Notes under the pieces: generated by a model | The model's input: only the letters and a program-made list of their open reading frames with translations | What the model was told of the DNA's origin: nothing | Database searches by the model: none | Part shown: positions 17,239 to 18,407 of the stretch, in pieces | Layout of the letters: each line of letters opens with the position of its first letter | Numbering within the stretch: the first letter of the stretch is position 1 | Made by a program: the position numbers and the translations under genes | Origin: Candidatus Eiseniibacteriota bacterium | GTDB lineage: Bacteria; Eisenbacteria; RBG-16-71-46; SZUA-252 | Assembly: GCA_031370645.1 (NCBI GenBank) | Contig: JANMQV010000018.1 | Span: forward strand, 1-18,407 | Direction of reading: 5' to 3' | Length of the DNA stretch: 18,407 nucleotides

Positions 17239-17729
17239 GAGCCTTCTCCTTTCAACGAGACGGTGATGACCGTCCCGTGGTCGAGCACGAGAATGGAACG
17301 CGCCCCGATCTGGAGCACTTCCTTGCCGGCGATCCGATCGCCCTCGCGCACGACTTCACCGTTCACCAGCGCGGTCCGTCCGCGTGGTCCGTTCATGACT
17401 CCTTGGAGATAGATTCCCGCGCCGCGCGCGGACGTTCGCCCGCTGACGGCCTGCTCCGAGTTCGGTTCCGTCCCCAGCCGAAAGCGGCGATCGAACGGAT
17501 CGCTCCCCCACCCGGGAGGCGTCGGGGTCGGCGCCGAGGCCCGATCGTTCGACCCGGCCAGCATCGCCGGCGCCGGCGCCGCTCCCCCGCCCGCGGCGGA
17601 ACGGGCGCGGAGAGCGCGCGTCTTTTCGTCGAGCGAGTAGATCCAGAGCAGCATCGCGAGAAGCACCCCCACGAGGGCGTACGTCCGGGTGTTCATCCCC
17701 TCGCGAATCTGCTTCCGCAGCCATTGCAT
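17235..17729 (-). CDS. GspB/PilP/MshK-like pilus or secretion assembly protein
   Basis: 164 aa with an N-terminal TM helix, an Ala/Pro linker with DPF, and a C-terminal beta domain LQGVM....TALVNGEVVREGDRI.G. ATGA overlap with the secretin. Confidence 0.65.
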   Translation of the reverse strand: MQWLRKQIREGMNTRTYALVGVLLAMLLWIYSLDEKTRALRARSAAGGGAAPAPAMLAGSNDRASAPTPTPPGWGSDPFDRRFRLGTEPNSEQAVSGRTSARGAGIYLQGVMNGPRGRTALVNGEVVREGDRIAGKEVLQIGARSILVLDHGTVITVSLKGEGS

Positions 17730-17738
17730 GGCGGGCTC

Positions 17739-18314
17739 CTAGGGCGTCCCGTAGATCCAGAGCGACACGTCGGCCACCAGGCGCGGCGCGAGCGACGCTT
17801 CGGAACGAAGCGCCACCGAGCGAACGACCACCAGTTGGTCGAGCGACTCCACATCGCCGAGGTAGGTCCCGATCGCCTGGTAGGGCGCCTCGAGCCGCAG
17901 CCTCAGAACCACTTTTCGATACGCGACCGGCGCCCCCGACGCGTCGGCTTTCACTTCCTCCACCGGCAACCCGGCGGGGCGGATCAACTCGGTCCGAACT
18001 CCGTAACGCACCGAGATCAACGCCAGTGCGTCGAGGAGCGACGCGACCATCGTTCCGGAGGGACGCGCGAGTTTGAGACGTTCTCGCATCCCGTCGGTCG
18101 AGGGATGCGCGCGCTGCCACGCCTCCATCTCGCCCAACCCGGCTTGGAGATCGGAGAGTTCCCGTCGAAGCGAGATCTCCTGGACCACCAAGACGTGCCG
18201 CTCTTTCTCGCGCGGGGCGATCCAGGCGACGTTAACCACGCCCCACGCGACGACGAGCGACGCCAAGACGAGCGCGTGGCCGAACCAGGGCGCCCGGGTC
18301 ATCCCCTTCATCAC
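17739..18314 (-). CDS. PilO/GspM-like inner-membrane alignment protein
   Basis: 191 aa with an N-terminal TM helix, a coiled coil and a ferredoxin-like C-terminus (YRKVVLRLRLEAPYQAIGTYLGDVESLDQLVVV). It occupies the PilO position upstream of the PilP-like and secretin genes. Confidence 0.75.
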   Translation of the reverse strand: MMKGMTRAPWFGHALVLASLVVAWGVVNVAWIAPREKERHVLVVQEISLRRELSDLQAGLGEMEAWQRAHPSTDGMRERLKLARPSGTMVASLLDALALISVRYGVRTELIRPAGLPVEEVKADASGAPVAYRKVVLRLRLEAPYQAIGTYLGDVESLDQLVVVRSVALRSEASLAPRLVADVSLWIYGTP

Positions 18315-18407
18315 GTTCCCGCCTTCTCCGAGAGCCGCGCCGTGAGCGTGAAGCCGCTCAACCCCGGCGCCACTCGTTCACATCCCTCCAACCGGACTTG
18401 ATCGAAT
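18311..18407 (-). CDS. C-terminal fragment of a probable PilN/GspL-like protein (5' end outside the window)
   Basis: Open frame ...FDQVRLEGCERVAPGLSGFTLTARLSEKAGT* whose TGA overlaps the next GTG start (GTGA). The F..V.L / F.L.A.L pattern and the gene position fit PilN. Confidence 0.55.
   Translation of the reverse strand, partial: FDQVRLEGCERVAPGLSGFTLTARLSEKAGT

Overview
High-GC bacterial chromosomal segment from a diderm organism (it encodes a TonB-dependent receptor, a secretin and a lipoprotein). All credible genes are on the minus strand. In transcription order (right to left): (1) the 3' end of a type IV pilus/T2SS-like assembly operon (PilN-like fragment, PilO-like, GspB/PilP-like, secretin) ending in a stand-alone response regulator; (2) a cystathionine beta-synthase and cystathionine gamma-lyase/synthase pair; (3) a 70-aa Thr-rich lipoprotein flanked by two highly structured non-coding regions; (4) a tightly packed yajQ - TPM - nucleotidyltransferase-fold - lemA - dinB operon; (5) a cobalamin riboswitch ahead of a BtuB-like receptor and a GT-C-like membrane protein; (6) an acyl-CoA operon (crotonase, thiolase, 3-hydroxybutyryl-CoA dehydrogenase, second thiolase) coupled to a LeuA-family DRE-TIM enzyme that runs off the left edge and is missing from the ORF track. 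I saw no mobile element, CRISPR array, tRNA or rRNA. The best candidates for novelty are the YajQ/TPM/degenerate-NTase/LemA/DinB module, the riboswitch-linked GT-C protein, the LeuA-like enzyme in an acyl-CoA operon, and the structured RNAs around the small lipoprotein. All family calls come from motif recognition by eye, not from database searches.
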